Part shown: positions 36,660-51,335 of the stretch, one piece after another | Position numbering within the stretch: position 1 is the first letter of the stretch | Layout of the letters: every line of letters starts with the position of its first letter | Assembly (NCBI RefSeq): GCF_006345805.1 | Contig: NC_043003.1 | Location: forward strand, 68,882,001 to 68,946,000 | Length of the DNA: 64,000 nt | Direction: 5' to 3' | Origin: Octopus sinensis | Lineage: Eukaryota | Program-made: the position numbers and the translations under genes | The notes under the pieces: model-generated | The model's input: only the letters and a program-made list of their open reading frames with translations | The model's database searches: none | Told to the model about the DNA's origin: nothing

Positions 36660-37698
36660 TGTGTATATTGCTACAACACACACACATTCACACTCACACA
36701 CATACACACACACATTCACACTCACACACATACACACACACACTCACACTCACGCACATACACACGCACGCACATGTCGCGCTAGTGTAAATATAAATAT
36801 ATATATATATATATGCATATATGTCTATACATATATGTATATACATACATACACAAGGAGAAAGATGAGAGGCGATAGCGATAGGCACAGAATCCATATA
36901 AAATGCATATAGAAACATAGATAACTACCTAAGTGTGCATGTGTGTGTGTATGTATGTATGTGTAAATATATATATATATAGATGAGTGCATGCGTATAT
37001 ATATTTACACAGGCGCGACATGTGTGTGTGTATATATATATAATATATATATATATATTTCTACGTACAGGAGTGGCTGTGTGGTGAGAAACTTGCTTCC
37101 CAACCACATGGTTCCGGGTTCAGTCCAACTGCGTGGCACCTTGGGCTAGTGTCTCCTACTATAGCCTCGGACTGGCCAAAGATTTGTGAGTGGATATGGT
37201 AGGCGGAAACTGAAAAAAGCCCGTGTGTGTGTGTTTAAGTTTGTGTGTCTGTGTTTCTTTCCCCCTCCCTAACATCGCTTGACAGCCGATGGTGGTGTGT
37301 TTACGGCCCCGTAACCCAGTGGTTCGGCAAAAGAGATCCGATAGAATAAGTAACAGGCTTGCCAGGAATAAGTCCTGGGGTCGATTTGCTCGATTAAAGG
37401 AGCTACTCCAGCATGGCCGCAGCCAAATGACTGCAACAAAAGAATATCTATATGTATATATATTTACATGTGCATATGTAATGTGTGTGTGCGTGTGTGT
37501 GTGTGCGTGCGTGTGTGTGTGTGCGCGCGTGTGTGCGTGTGTGTGTGTATTAAGAGAACTAAAATTAGATATAATCTTAGGTTTATATGGGGATATGTAT
37601 TCGATATATGTATATATGAAAATATTATATACAAACAATATAAGACCAGTATGCTATATACTAATACATATGTATATATATATAAATATTTACGTGTG

Positions 37699-37731
<33 letters not shown>

Positions 37732-38268
37732 ATATATATATATATATATATGTATGTATATACATATATATATATATATATATATAGATATGGATATAGA
37801 TATATAACGTGTATATATATATATACTTGTATATGTATAGATATATAGATATAAAATACACAATCATATATATGCATATTTATATAAAGTATATTTATGC
37901 ATGCATATATACTCAGAGATATGTAGGCATGCATGTGTGTGTGTTTGTGTGTGTGTGTGGTGTGTGTGTGTGTGTGTCTCATGTTAATATGTGTCTGCCT
38001 TTCTTTCATTCTGTCTCATGCCTTTCAACCAATATCTATTTCAGACGATCGATTCACCGATCTATCTTTACACCCAACTCTGATGTTCATATCATCTAAT
38101 GTGCGTCTCTGCCAGTTTTCGTCGTCTCCAATTTGCTTTGTTCAGCCGAACAAAGAATATCCTGCAGCAATACACGCATAGAATTTTCTCTTCTTTTTGC
38201 CTTCTCACACACACGCGCACACGAATTTATATATGAGTATGTATATATGTTCGCGTGTAAGTGTACTG

Positions 38269-38344
<76 letters not shown>

Positions 38345-38427
38345 TATACATACATACATGATATATATATACATAAGTATATATATATATGTGTATATAT
38401 ATATATATCTATATATATATATCTATA

Positions 38428-38509
<82 letters not shown>

Positions 38510-38551
38510 AAACAAATATAGTAAGGTAGGTACATACATAGATTACTATAG

Positions 38552-38586
<35 letters not shown>

Positions 38587-38849
38587 GAAATGTTATAAAT
38601 ATAGATAGTATTATGTGTTTAGGCATGCGTATACATATACGAATATAAATAGATATTTATATACATATATGCCTATATATATATATGAGTGTGTAAGTGC
38701 GTGTGTCTGTGTGCGTCTGTATGTATAAATATATAATTATATTCGTATATATATACGCATGCCTAAACACAATAGTCTCCATATTTATAAACATTTTATA
38801 TTATACACAGATATCTGTGCATATATATGTACATATACAAATATATGCA

Positions 38850-38895
<46 letters not shown>

Positions 38896-38972
38896 TACAT
38901 ATATATATATTATATATATACATATATATATACACACACACACACATATATATATGTAGGTCGTTACATTAC

Positions 38973-39005
<33 letters not shown>

Positions 39006-39076
39006 ATATATGTAGGTCGTTACATTACATAAATATATATATATATACGTACATACATACATACATACATACATAC

Positions 39077-39107
<31 letters not shown>

Positions 39108-39175
39108 CATACATACATACATACATACATACATACATACATACATACATACATACATGTGTGTGTATGTATGCA
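36660..39175. repeat. Compound microsatellite field (TA/CA/TACA), representative of many arrays across the window
   Basis: Direct reading. Other large arrays at 12380-12767, 34068-34260 and 35947-36107 (GATA), 51963-52095, 52461-52585 and 56785-57005. Confidence 0.9.
37062..37445 (+). mobile_element. Family-A SINE, full length
   Basis: caggagtggctgtgtggtgagaaacttgcttcccaaccacatggttccgggttcagtcc...(TG)n...ctccagcatggccgcagccaaatgactg. Confidence 0.9.
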
Positions 39176-39619
39176 TGTTTATATCTTGTACTTATATAAA
39201 TATTGCTGCAAAGTCATAATGAAGATATAGAGACAAAGTGCGCAGAAATATTTATGTTTATATATAAGCTTTATTTGTGAACATTTTACTTTCTGGTTGT
39301 ATGTGTGGGTGGAATTTTAAGCGAGCGGGAGATCTTGTGCGTGCAAGAAGACGTGGGCTGGTCATCATTATCTCATCGATTGTTCTTATCGTTTGAAATA
39401 ATATACATAGATTTTGCATATGTTAATATAAAAGCGTTATACACATAATATTCTCATACGGATATACAATCATAGGCACACATGTGTACGAACACGCACG
39501 TAAGAACGATATCCAAACGTGTACGTGATAGCGTGCATGTATACGTGTGTGTGCATGTGTGTGTGTGTTTTTGTACGCGCGTGCGTGTCTGTGTGCGTGT
39601 TGTAAGAAGCTTGCAAGTG

Positions 39620-39985
39620 GGTGTGTTGTAAGAAGCTTGCTTTCACAGCGCATGGTCGCGGGTTCGGTCCAACTGCATGGTCCCTTTGGCAAATGTCTTC
39701 TGCAATAGACCAGCCCGACCAAAGCCCTGTGAGTAGATTTAGGAAACGGATACTGAAAGAAGCCCGTAGCAAATGTGTGTGTGTGCGTGCCGGCGTTTGC
39801 TCCGCACCAAAGCTTGATAACCGGTGTTGATATGTTTATGTCCTTTTATCATATCGCTTCGACAAAAAAGAGAACGAGAGAATAATTACTAGGCTTTGAA
39901 AACTTAATCACTAGGGTCGAGTCGTTCCACTAATTTAATTCAAGATGGCCGCAATCCAATGACTGAAACAAGTAAAAGGTAAAGG
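39620..39985 (+). mobile_element. Family-A SINE (diverged)
   Basis: Head and tail match 37062-37445. Confidence 0.75.
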
Positions 39986-40108
39986 ATATTTATTGGCGGT
40001 GCTCCGGCATGTCTACAGGCTTAGGGCTGAAGCATGAAGAAGAATAAAAGAATAAAAGAATGTGTGTGTGTCTGTGTGTTTTTGTGTATGTATGCGTACG
40101 TGTCTATA

Positions 40109-40894
40109 CTGGGTCATCCCATAAATAATTACTTCAAATTTTTGCCACAAGGGCAACTTGGGAGAGGTGGGATGAGTCGATTACATCAACCCCAGTGTTC
40201 AACTGGTACTTATTTTATCGAACCCGAAAGGATGAAAGGCAAAGTCGACCTCGGTGGAATTTGAACTCAGAACAAAGCGACGGTGAAATACCGCTAAGCA
40301 TTTCGTGCAGGGTGCTAACGATTCTGCCAGCTCCCCCCTTTGGTCATCCGATAAATAATGCCGGTTTTTCAAAAGTCGGAGGTGGACAAGCTAAACTATC
40401 TGCATCAACTTGCTATAGAAGCAGGTAGTATTTTTACCTCATACTTATTCTTAGTGCAAGTTTTGAAGAGTGCAGTTGGATTTAACAGTTATGTTTTCAA
40501 AGCTGTAACGGAGGTGACAAAGGAGCATATTCGGCATATTTTGTTTTATGAGTTCAATAAAGGCAACAAAGCAACGGAAAGTGCGAGGAATATTAATGTA
40601 GTATATGGGGATCGGGCAATAAGCGTAAGCCAATGTCAACAATGGTTCCAGAAATTCGGAGCTGGAAACTACAACCTGAAAGAAAAACCTCGTCCTGGAA
40701 GATCTGTAGAGCTCGACGAGACCCAGGTGGAACAAAATCCTGTTGTGACTGTTGAGGAACCAGCATAGAGGCTTCGATTTGGTCATTCAACCACTCATCG
40801 ACATCTGCGTACCATTGGAAAAGTCAACAAATTGGGTCAATGGCTTCCTCACAAACTCTCTATGCTCGGCCACATTACATATGGGATGACCCCA
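40109..40894 (+). mobile_element. Internally deleted mariner
   Basis: TIRs ctgggtcatcccataaataatg / cattacatatgggatgacccca; transposase N-terminus EVTKEHIRHILFYEFNKG...QWFQKF..RPGR..QWLPHKL, then the 3' TIR. Confidence 0.85.
40130..40339 (-). mobile_element. Family-B SINE inserted in the mariner 5' TIR
   Basis: TSD-like duplication ggtcatcccataaataat / ggtcatccgataaataat. Confidence 0.85.
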
Positions 40895-41360
40895 TATGTA
40901 TACGAAAAAGTATTAACTGAACATCAATGGATTAGAATGTAAACAAACGATTGAGTATTCCGTGGTGTGGCAGAGTTACTGTGTATTCATAACGCTGAGA
41001 ATGATTGCCTAATTAAGTACAGGAACGCTCCAGCCTTTGTTCTCCTGACCAATGTCACTCAAATTTGCATGTTTCCGCAAAGTTATATTAAAGATACCGT
41101 TGCCAAAGTTTTCCATTTGATGTGGATGGAGACTTGCTTTTGCGTCTGATGAGCAAGCTTCTTAATAATTCAGCCATGCCGCATCTACACTCAACCATAT
41201 TCACAGACATATGCACACAAGGGGAAACGGACAAATATGATGTATATTTACAGAAAAGTATGTTATGTAGATAGGTTCATATCTATAAATGCTCTAATAT
41301 CTATACAGTGTTGGGTTTTTTTATCTCATTACACAAAAAGTTCATATACATATATATATG

Positions 41361-41443
<83 letters not shown>

Positions 41444-41819
41444 GCATAACACACATACACAGATGTTTGGATATCTGTGTGTGTGTGTGTGTGTGCCACG
41501 ACTTTGAACTTTCTGAACTTTCTGTACTTTTAAAATCAGTCCGTTAATACATTGCCATTCTCACTACTTTTTTACTTTGTGGTGCTTGCGTTCGAACATT
41601 TGATAGTTGTACAATATTGACTACAGGACCGTCTCAACCAGTGGAAACCAAGCATATGTTTTTTAGTAATGAACAGGGAACATACTTCGCCATGCCGACC
41701 GGTTAGATCTCATGACTTTGGATTGGGTGGGCAGGTTTCTGTTTATTTCCAGCCTTATTTATATTTATTTCTCTTATTCTCTCTCTCCCTCTCTCACTCT
41801 ACTACCCTCCTTTCACCAC

Positions 41820-41852
<33 letters not shown>

Positions 41853-43324
41853 GTACTTCACTCTCACCCTCTCTACTATCCTCTCCCTTGGTCCTCTCTC
41901 TACTACTCACTCCTTCTTTCAATCTCTCCCTCTGTCGCTCTATCGTCCTCTCACTCTCTCTTACTCTGTCATTTTCTCTATTAGTCTCACCCGTTTTTAA
42001 ATTTCTTCGTGTATCGCACTATCACGGTCCCACTCTCTACCTTTTGTCACTCCCTCTTTCTTCCAATGCTGTAATGCAAATTTTTGTTCGTGCCATTTCC
42101 CTGTGTCCAATTATTTTCAGTATAAACGATCTTAAAATTTTGTAGAAATTTCTATTAAGGGATATAAATAAGGTTGTTTCATAATTTTTTATTCCTAATT
42201 ACACGCCTGCGCAATTTTCTACTCCAACATTTTCTGCTAAGTAACTGTTGTCGCTAATGGCTTGCTGTATCGATCTTTTCTAATTGAAACACGCATCGGC
42301 GTCAATTTGGAAACAAGATCGCATCGAATACTGACACAAAACATTGAAGCAATTTATTACAATCTTTATTTTTCTGCATTATACAAAGTTCACTGGAGAG
42401 GCCCATAGTTCGTATCCCTTCTCAATCACTTCATTACGTCCGTCGTCAAGAACCGTATATGTTCAAATAGGCCAATGAATCTATCTAGCAGAATAGGAAT
42501 TGTTTCATAAATTAGTCAGCCTAAGAGAGCCAGTGACTATGATCTTCTCAAGCTCCAGAGAATAATTCGCCGAGAATTTGCCCAGCCGAGTTGATTGGCT
42601 AATTATTGCCAATGAAATGTGTCGTGCCCAATTTGCTAGATCGATTCATCTTTTTGGCACAAATTATATTTGAAATGGGTTTTGCCAATGAAATGAAATT
42701 ATTTGCAGAAACTATGGAAAGGTAGTAAGGGCAAAACACTACAGATTTAGTCTGGAAGTCAAATTCAGTAATGGTAACGGGAGAGAAAACAAAAAGACCA
42801 GATGAAGACGCTCTAGATGAAGACAGGGGACGACCAGCAAGTTAAGTAAAGAAGGTAACGTAATAAGTGGTTTGTAGTAACTAAAGTAACTAAAGCTTAT
42901 TGATGAGTATAATCGAATGTCTATATTTGCATACGAACTAAAATATTTGTGCGCAACAAAGTAATGTATAGATAGTAGCAAAACTCTAATGCCGGTTTTA
43001 CCTTAGGGTTAACAAATGCTCAGGGCATGAGAGATTTGTTTTAGGTCTGAATAAGAATTATAATAAAGTTTGTGGTCGCTATATAGGAGTAAGGATTTTG
43101 TGGTCTGGCAATTGTAAAATAAATAGACATCTTCAGTTATTGTTATGTTATTGTTCATGACTAGAGAGATATCTTTATGTTATTGTTCATGACTAGAGAG
43201 AGGGTGAGACATGATTTTCCTTGATATTTGTAATGTTTGAGTATTGTAGTACTAAAGTAGAAGTTGGTTGTAATGTCTAATTCACGACTGTATTCGAGAT
43301 TATTGTTTACAGGTGCGGTGTTGA

Positions 43325-43705
43325 TGCGCAATGGCCCAGTGGTTAGGGCAGCGGACTCGCGGTCATAGGATCGTGGTTTCGATTCCCAGACCGGGCGTTG
43401 TGAGTGTTTATTGAGCGAAAACACCTAAAGCTCCACGAGGCTCCGGCAGGGGATGGTGGTGATCCCTGCTGTACTCTTTCACCACAACTTTTTCTCACTC
43501 TTACTTCCTGTTTCTGTTGTACCTGTATTTCAAAGGGCCGGCCTTGTCACTCTCTGTGTCACGCTGAATATCCCCGAGAACTACGTTAAGGGTACACGTG
43601 TCTGTGGAGTGCTCAGCCACTTACACGTTAATTTCACGAGCAAGCTGTTCCGTTGATCGGATCAACCGGAACCCTCGTCGTCGTAACCGACGGAGTGCTT
43701 CCTCC
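43325..43705 (+). mobile_element. tRNA-Arg-like SINE, family D (octopus OR-type), tail 1
   Basis: gcgcaatggcccagtggttagggcagcggactcgcggtc...ggtttcgattccc...gagtgtttattgagcgaaaacacctaaagctcc. Confidence 0.8.
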
Positions 43706-43739
43706 TCCTTCCTTACAACTGCGGTGTATGTAAGGTGTG

Positions 43740-44560
43740 AGGTGTTTAGGCCCTGCGCGGAGGATATTACTTAATGAAAGCATAACGACAACTGGATGTA
43801 ATATCATCTGTATCGGAGCATGTAACAGTCGGAGTGAACGAGATATAATTTATGCACAGGAAGGAGAATGTATGGAATCACTATCCAACACTAGAGTTTA
43901 CCGGATTTCATAGAATGCTTTAGACAAAGATCCAGGGATGATATGTGCTACTATGATAACATCTGACATGAATTTCTGATTCAAATCAGAGAGACAGATT
44001 ATAAGAGATAGGTCTGCACAAAAGTTAACGGTTTCTGGTGTTAATCATATCAAATGGCCTGTTGGTAACTCATCTCTCAATTATTGTCTCTCCGTGAGAA
44101 AGTGCTGTGGAGCGTCATAAGGGAATTCTGTAGATTCCAGTTCGAATCAATATTCCTAAATGAAAATCCACTTTTTTCTTTCCAAGTAAAACATTTTCGT
44201 AACAACATATATATTCATAAGTACATGTATTTATACTTGATTAGTATTGAAATCGAGTTATTCGATTACTATCCCTTAAAGGCGGCCACCCAGCATGGCT
44301 GAAACAAATAAAATATATTTCTTTCACCAAATATTTCAAAGTAGCGAAGATAATTGCTTACAATTGTCAGCAGTTGCTTTGAGATACCAGAAGTCAGAGT
44401 AATAACCAGGAAGCTGTTATAATCAAAGTAGTTCTTCTTCGGAAAGGCTACATTGAAAGGGGCGGAGGGAATAACACCGCCGAGACCAGTTACATTTAGG
44501 AGGATGTAGGCGTTAACAAAAAGAAGCACTCTAGTGGCGAATTAAAGTCTCCTATCTAAT
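43740..44560 (-). mobile_element. Possible very decayed Penelope-like RT fragment
   Basis: Only weak motifs: FSRRDNN-RDEL and PKKNYFDYN. Confidence 0.3.
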
Positions 44561-45293
44561 AGAGGTCATTTACTACCCTCGAGTGTTGCAGACGATGCTT
44601 ATAAACAGTTTCAAAAAATTATATTAACATATGCAAAAGACTTGTATAGGAATCTTCTGGCGATATCTCAATCACTTCAGATATTTAAGTGCTCTTCTTT
44701 ATATATTCATTATTATATAATACTTAGTTTCGCTATCATCTGCGACAGTTACTTTTTTGCAGTATTGTAGATGGTGATTTAATAACCAATTCCGAAAAAC
44801 TGTATTAACATTCACAAATATTATATCAATATTTTCTTCCGTCAATTCTCTCAGCCATTCCATAACTGTAAGTGCGCTTCTTTAATCATTCATTATATAA
44901 TACCAAGTTTTTTTCGTATCTAAGTAATGAAGTCGTTGTAGCTGTTAATGTGAATATTATGCACAAGCATAATGTTCATCCAAGTCTGAAATATTGTCGA
45001 AAGCTAAATCGAACTAATAACGCTTAATGGACATCAGAAAACAATATTAGTACCCTTTTCTTGTCATTTCTCCGTATGTTAAAATTGCAAATCGATGTAC
45101 AGCTTCATATAAAACTAAATAATGAGTCTTCAAAGTGTGACTAGAAATTGTTATATATAAGTTCCAGTCATGTCGACAGAGAAAATACTTTGGGGCATTG
45201 ATTTTACTTCAAATTCTGCTGAGGTAAATTTAGCCCTCCATCATTCCGCATTTAATAAGATAAAATCCAGTCAAACACTAAAATCTCATTTGG

Positions 45294-45470
45294 AGGCGCA
45301 TGGCTCAGCGGTTAGGGTGTTATACTGATGATTGTATAATTGTGGTTTCGAATCCTTGACTGGGTGACGTTGTGTTCTTGAGCAAAACATTTCATTTTGA
45401 GTGGGGACGGACCGGTTTCCCGGCCCTTATGAGTCGGAACGACTCGATAATGTAACTTTACTTTACCTTT
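45294..45470 (+). mobile_element. Family-C SINE, deleted
   Basis: ggcgcatggctcagcggttaggg...gttgtgttcttgagcaaaacatttc. Confidence 0.7.
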
Positions 45471-46287
45471 TGTAATCCCCTTCATTTTGGTAAGATAGAA
45501 TTGTGCGTCTGGTTTCTTTTTTATTGCCACAAGCATAAGGCACAGCGATAGATATTTCAAAGGCAGATTACAAAACGCAGGGTCCAATTATTTTAACTGG
45601 CAACATGTCTACGCCTATGAGTTTATCGTTTGTACCTTTATGAATCCATTTTTGCAAGCGTATTTTAACGTATTAGTGTGTGAGTGTGTGAGCATTAGTC
45701 TGTGTGTATTTGTGTATTTGTGTGTCTGTGTGCCTGTGCCTGTGTTCGCGTATATTTGATATTAGACCATGTCTTCATACTAGTTTTCAATGTTACTTGC
45801 CTACTAATTAGCTGATACGTCTTTTTTTGTAATATTTCTAGATAAATCAAACCTAAAATTATCAAAGTCATGTTCCAAGAAAGTTTCAAGAGTTTTTAAT
45901 GTCATTATCAAAGAATTGTTACGTCAAAAATATAAATTAAAATTAACACATCACCTAAGAAATATGAAGATTAATTGAAAGACAAGAAAAATGATTACCT
46001 CCTCTTAATTACTATCTGGATAGATTTTGTGTTTCGATGACAGACTCTAAAACGATGATTAACTGTTAAAAAAGTAAATAAAACGATTAGTAATGCATAT
46101 AATTAGATATATAATCTCTTTATAATACAATGTATTAATATATAAAGTATAGGCTTGTCTGTGCGTGAGTGTATGTATAAGTGTGTGTATACGCGTGTGC
46201 ATATGAGTGTGTACACGCATCGTGTGTATACGCATGTATATGAAAATATATATATACATGTGTGTGTGTGTGTGTGTGTGGTGTGTG

Positions 46288-46329
<42 letters not shown>

Positions 46330-46547
46330 CTGAAGCCGAAAAGAGCTTCTCAAACTGTTACTCAGAGCTTCACATTACTGTTCGTCGGACAGTTGCGATC
46401 ATATTAAAATAAAGATATGATGAATATGTGTGCGCGTGCGTGTGTGCGCGTGCGTGTGTGCGCGTGCGTGTGTGCGCGTGTATGTGTGCGTGCGCAGGTA
46501 TGTGTGTGTGTATGTGTGTGTGTGTGCGAGCGCGTGTGTGTTGTGTG

Positions 46548-47250
46548 TACACAGAAGTGGCTCTGTGGTAAGAAGCTTGCCTCCAAGCCACATTGTTTCC
46601 GATTCTGTCCCACTAGGTGCAGACCCACTAATGGCTTGTGATTGAACTTGGTAGACAGAAACTGTGTTGAAGCCCATCGTACATATATATATATATCTGT
46701 GTGCGCGTGTGTGTGTGAGTGAGTGAGTGCGTAAGATTTTGTGTTTGTCCTCTGCATCACAACCGTAACTAGTACTTTTAGTGTTACCGTGACCAAGATA
46801 TTTAGTAATAAGCGATGCAATAAATGTGGAGGCGCAATGCCCCGGGGTTAGGACAGCGGACTCGCGGTTTCGATTCCCAGACCGGGTGTCGTGTGTGTTT
46901 ATTGAGCGAAAACACCTAAAGCTCCACGAGCCTCCGGCATGGGGGGGGTGGCGACCCCTGTTGTACTCTTTCATCCCAAATTTCTCTCACTCTTTCTTCC
47001 TGTTTCTTGAGTAACACTGCGATGGACTGGCGTCCCGTCCAGCTGGGGGGAACACATACGCCATAGAAACCGGGAAACCGGGCCCATGGTCCTGACTAGG
47101 CTTCAAAAGGGCGCATAAATGAAATAAAATAAATACCACACATTAAAAAAGAAACTCATAAGTACTGCTACTGATATATTCGATTAAAGCCTTGAAGGTG
47201 GAGTTCGAGCAAAGCCGCAGTCTAATGACTGAAAAATTAAAATATAAAGA
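46548..47250 (+). mobile_element. Family-A SINE interrupted by a family-D SINE
   Basis: A head and body 46548-46825, tail resumes ~47160. Confidence 0.65.
46830..47125 (+). mobile_element. Family-D SINE head with V-domain-like tail 2
   Basis: Head as at 43325; tail ctgcgatggactggcgtcccgtccagc...gaaaccgggaaaccggg. Confidence 0.8.
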
Positions 47251-47397
47251 GTAATATGGTTTTTAATTGGTTCGATTCATATTTTATTGACTCCGAGCCT
47301 CGGAGGAGTTTGAACTCAGATCGTAAAGATTGATGCAATGTCGCAAAGCATCTTGCCCGACGCGCTAGCGTATCTGCCAGATCCCACTCTATGATAG

Positions 47398-47484
47398 AGA
47401 AGAAGAAGAAGAAGAAGAAGAAGAAGAAGAAGAAGAAGAAGAAGAAGAAGAAGAAGAAGAAGAAGAAGAAGAAGAAGAAGAAGA
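47398..47484. repeat. (GAA)n microsatellite
   Basis: Pure trinucleotide array. Confidence 0.95.
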
Positions 47485-47840
47485 AATGCCATGATGCAGT
47501 ACCAGGCAGTGGCTCTCCTGGCTTCTGATCTTAACTGATTGGAAGTGTTATCATGTACATTATTTTGTCTTGGTATAAAAGATGGGCTACAGCAAATATT
47601 CTGCTCAATACCTCAGATTTCCTTGTCAGTTGTTTGACCATAACCAGTTGAGCATGTACTTTAGTGGCTGAAGATATGTGCATCTCTGATCACAAGCAGA
47701 AGTAATGGGAGAGCATCATAGCCATGTGTTGAGGAGAAGTCTTTGGGATTTGAATAAATCACCTAGGGAAACATTGGCATTTCTTTTCAACATCCTTAAA
47801 CAACCCTTATTCAGGGACCTTTTTGGGCGGGATGGGTTAA
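47485..47840 (-). repeat. Probable LINE 3' UTR abutting (GAA)n
   Basis: Sharp boundary with the trinucleotide array and distinct composition; family not assigned. Confidence 0.35.
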
Positions 47841-49883
47841 AAATCAATGATAAGTGTTTGCAGGTTTTATAGAGCAGGCTACATATTTTTTTACCACAGA
47901 TCTTGAGTTCTAATCACGCCAAAAATGATTTTTTTCCATGTCGTTATCAATTTAATCAGTGATTCACATATGTCATTCTATAGAAGGCAAATGAGTTTGT
48001 ACCGATTCGAAAATATCATTATCATTCTTACTAATTAAGGCGACACAATGCAGAACAGATAGAGTGTGAGGGGAAAATTCATTGTAGCATCTGTTCTCAT
48101 CACATTTTGAGCTCAAATCCTGCCCGGGATAACTATATCTTTCATTGTTTCGGTGTAGATAAAAAAGAAAGTTCTACCCACGTACTGCTGTCGATAGTTC
48201 CGTTAAATTCCTTCTCAAAATCGTTGGCCTCGTATCCAACTCAGAAACTATTACTTATCTGCTATACTATATCAGCTATTTAAATCATTTTTAATTTCAT
48301 TCTTTGAATTCTTGAGTACGCTTTAGTGGGTGCGATTTCATTTGTATGTAACGCTGGAAAACATGATTTTATACATACCGCTGAAAAAAAACGATGTTTT
48401 TGTCAGTTAACGAGCTTTAAAAATCAATGCATGCCGCCCCAGTTTGCACCTTGCAGAGGCATAATCATATAAAATGGCGCCCGCTAAAGCAAACTCGCTG
48501 GCTCAACGTCTTATTTCATGACTATAATTTGGAAATGCAGCATGGCTTGGCTGCCTAACCGACATCGATATGAAATTAGCTAGTAATTTCTTATGTACTA
48601 CAAATCAGCTTTACTCGATGAATCATACGATTTTCAAGTATTCAGTCAAACAACTGCGAGCGACCCACATCTCTGTTTTTCTCTGCCTGCCTCCACCTAG
48701 ATGTGAAGCGTATTGCTTAACAAGGAGCATTCATCAGATCACCCGTGCCTCTTTAATTGGTGCACCACTACGATCGCTCTTCTAAATCTCCTTCACATAC
48801 ACCTAAATCTCTTAAAATTAGATGAATATACACGACTACGTATTTTTAATACAAAACATCCGTAAAAAAATTGGGAGGTCATGTTCTAAATATCGAGCGA
48901 AGAACGTAGGTTCGAAACACAAAAGTACTTGTAATATACTGGGGTTGACTATATTGTTTGTGCTTTAAAATTCGATTCACCATGCCATGTCGGTAAAATG
49001 CTAATACTGAATGGCTTTCATGTTTTCGTCAGTACATTATTTTGGGTGAGTTAGAAATGAGAATTTGTGATGTTCACACATTTCCTAAGGGCAGCTATCT
49101 TTTACAGGAAATGAACTTGCAAGCCTACTTTATATATTGTCCCCTATCATATGAACTGAAATTGCTTTTTTCTCTTTCCAGAGTTAATAAAATAAGTAAC
49201 AGATGAGTATTGAAGTCAACCTATGTATATAAACTCGATATGACGACTGGAGCCTATGAAAGCTATCAGTGAATGTTGTAAAAACACAAAGAAATATATA
49301 TTGGTATTCTTCTTATATAACATGTGTACAGGAACGAGAACATGGTTATGTTTTATAGTAAAGTTATATTGATTACAAAATGATTCAATAATTGATAAAG
49401 AATAATACCTATTGATTTTCGATTGATTTCAAACAGTTTACATACATTAGTGTCTAAAGATAAAAGATGTGAGGAAATTAAATGCTGTTTTTATATTTTG
49501 GTGCATGATAATCATCAATGATAATTTTTATTAAAATTGAATCGAATAAAGTGAAATGTTTATACAGATGTGTACACAATAATAAATGTTCATGTATGTA
49601 CCTATGTAAAAGTAACATTTATGTTTCCCTATAAACCAATGTTTGTGATAGTTCTTTTTTCCGGTGTGCACGTATGTGTGTGATCTGATGTAGTGCATGA
49701 GAGAAAGAATGCTTGCTTAACTGGAATTTCAAAGCAAATAGACGCCATTGCTTTCTGTTACATTGATTTAATTTTTGTATATTTAAAAGCTTTGCACCTA
49801 CAATGTTTGTATTTACGTGTGTATGTGTGCGAATGTGTGTACTTAAGCGTATATGTAAATATGATACAAAATACACAAGTATA

Positions 49884-49914
<31 letters not shown>

Positions 49915-49933
49915 TAATCTATATATATGTATG

Positions 49934-49965
<32 letters not shown>

Positions 49966-50739
49966 TGTATGCATGTATGTACGTATGTATGTACGTACCT
50001 ACATACATACATACGAACGTACGTACGTTCGTATGTATTTATGTATGTATGTATGTATGTATGTATAGGAGTTTGAGTATGTATAAACGCATTTATTATG
50101 GATGTATGTATACGTGAATATATATGATAGAAATATATCATTCATACATGGGTGTGCTTGTGTGTAAAGACACACGCCCACACATATATGCGAACATTTA
50201 AGTAATTTTGATATTTGTACGCATTCATTACATATGTTGTTTGTACGCATGTGTATGCGCATGCCCTTGCGTAGAATGGAGGTTTGACTATAAATAAGTG
50301 TACGAGCGAATACATACATACCTACATACATTCGTACTTACATATATACATACATATATGTGTGTGTGTGTGTGTGTATAAGTATATATATATATGCGCA
50401 TGTACATACGTATGTATATATGTATGTATATATTTGTGTGGGTGGGGGTGCGTGTGTATGTTTTATTATGTTTAATGGCTGTCACTCTATTTCGAGTAAT
50501 GCCGACGCTGATTGTTTCCTGAAATATGAGCAATACAGATGCGGTTCTTCCGCTTTGCAAGAAAATTATATGCATATATAATAAATGGTGCAAAGATGGA
50601 CGCCTCTTTAGTATATTTCATGATAATGCTTTGCCGAACCTTGATTTTAGAACCTTCTTTTAGAATTGCCTCCTAACGCCTATTCTTTTCCGCACACGTG
50701 ATTTAGCCATATAATTCATAGATAACAACTACCTTGAAT

Positions 50740-51060
50740 GTGTGATTTGTCTAATGAATTCTAAGGGCTTCCTTATTTAGATACACACGCCCGTCCTCGT
50801 TTCATGAGAAACTGGGCTGTGTACCTACACACTCAGACAAGTTCACATCAAGACCGTTACGAATATCTTCTTTCAGTTGTCCATGCTTGAAGCGATTTTG
50901 GTTAAATCCCCACCTCCCATCATACATTGCCCTTTTCCACGATAAACGATCTGGAATTAGGTTTTCCCAAACATTTTCCAAGATTTTATTGCACTTCAGT
51001 ATATTTTTGATGCAATCTTTATACTGTAATTTCGGATTGCGCACTGGACTTCTATTCTAA
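50740..51060 (-). mobile_element. RTE/BovB-type LINE C-terminal fragment
   Basis: RNPKLQYKDCIKNILK...WENLIPDRLSWKRAMYDG...F (ORF 50802-51044). Confidence 0.75.
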
Positions 51061-51240
51061 GCTAAATCACTTCCCTTTGATGTAACACCTACGACTTTCA
51101 TGTTCATGTTCCAGTAGATTAGCAGTTCATTAAAAGAGACAGTTACCAGGCTTAAAAAAGAACAGAACAGTCGATTCATTCGACTAAAGTTCTTCAATCC
51201 AGTTCCTCAGCATGGTTGCAGACTAACGACTGAAACAGAT

Positions 51241-51326
<86 letters not shown>

Positions 51327-51335
51327 TATATATAT

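Noticed and set aside
48420-48570. GC-richer unique patch with AAAATGGCG (YY1-like) motif
   Set aside because: A single short motif; a regulatory role cannot be supported from sequence alone.
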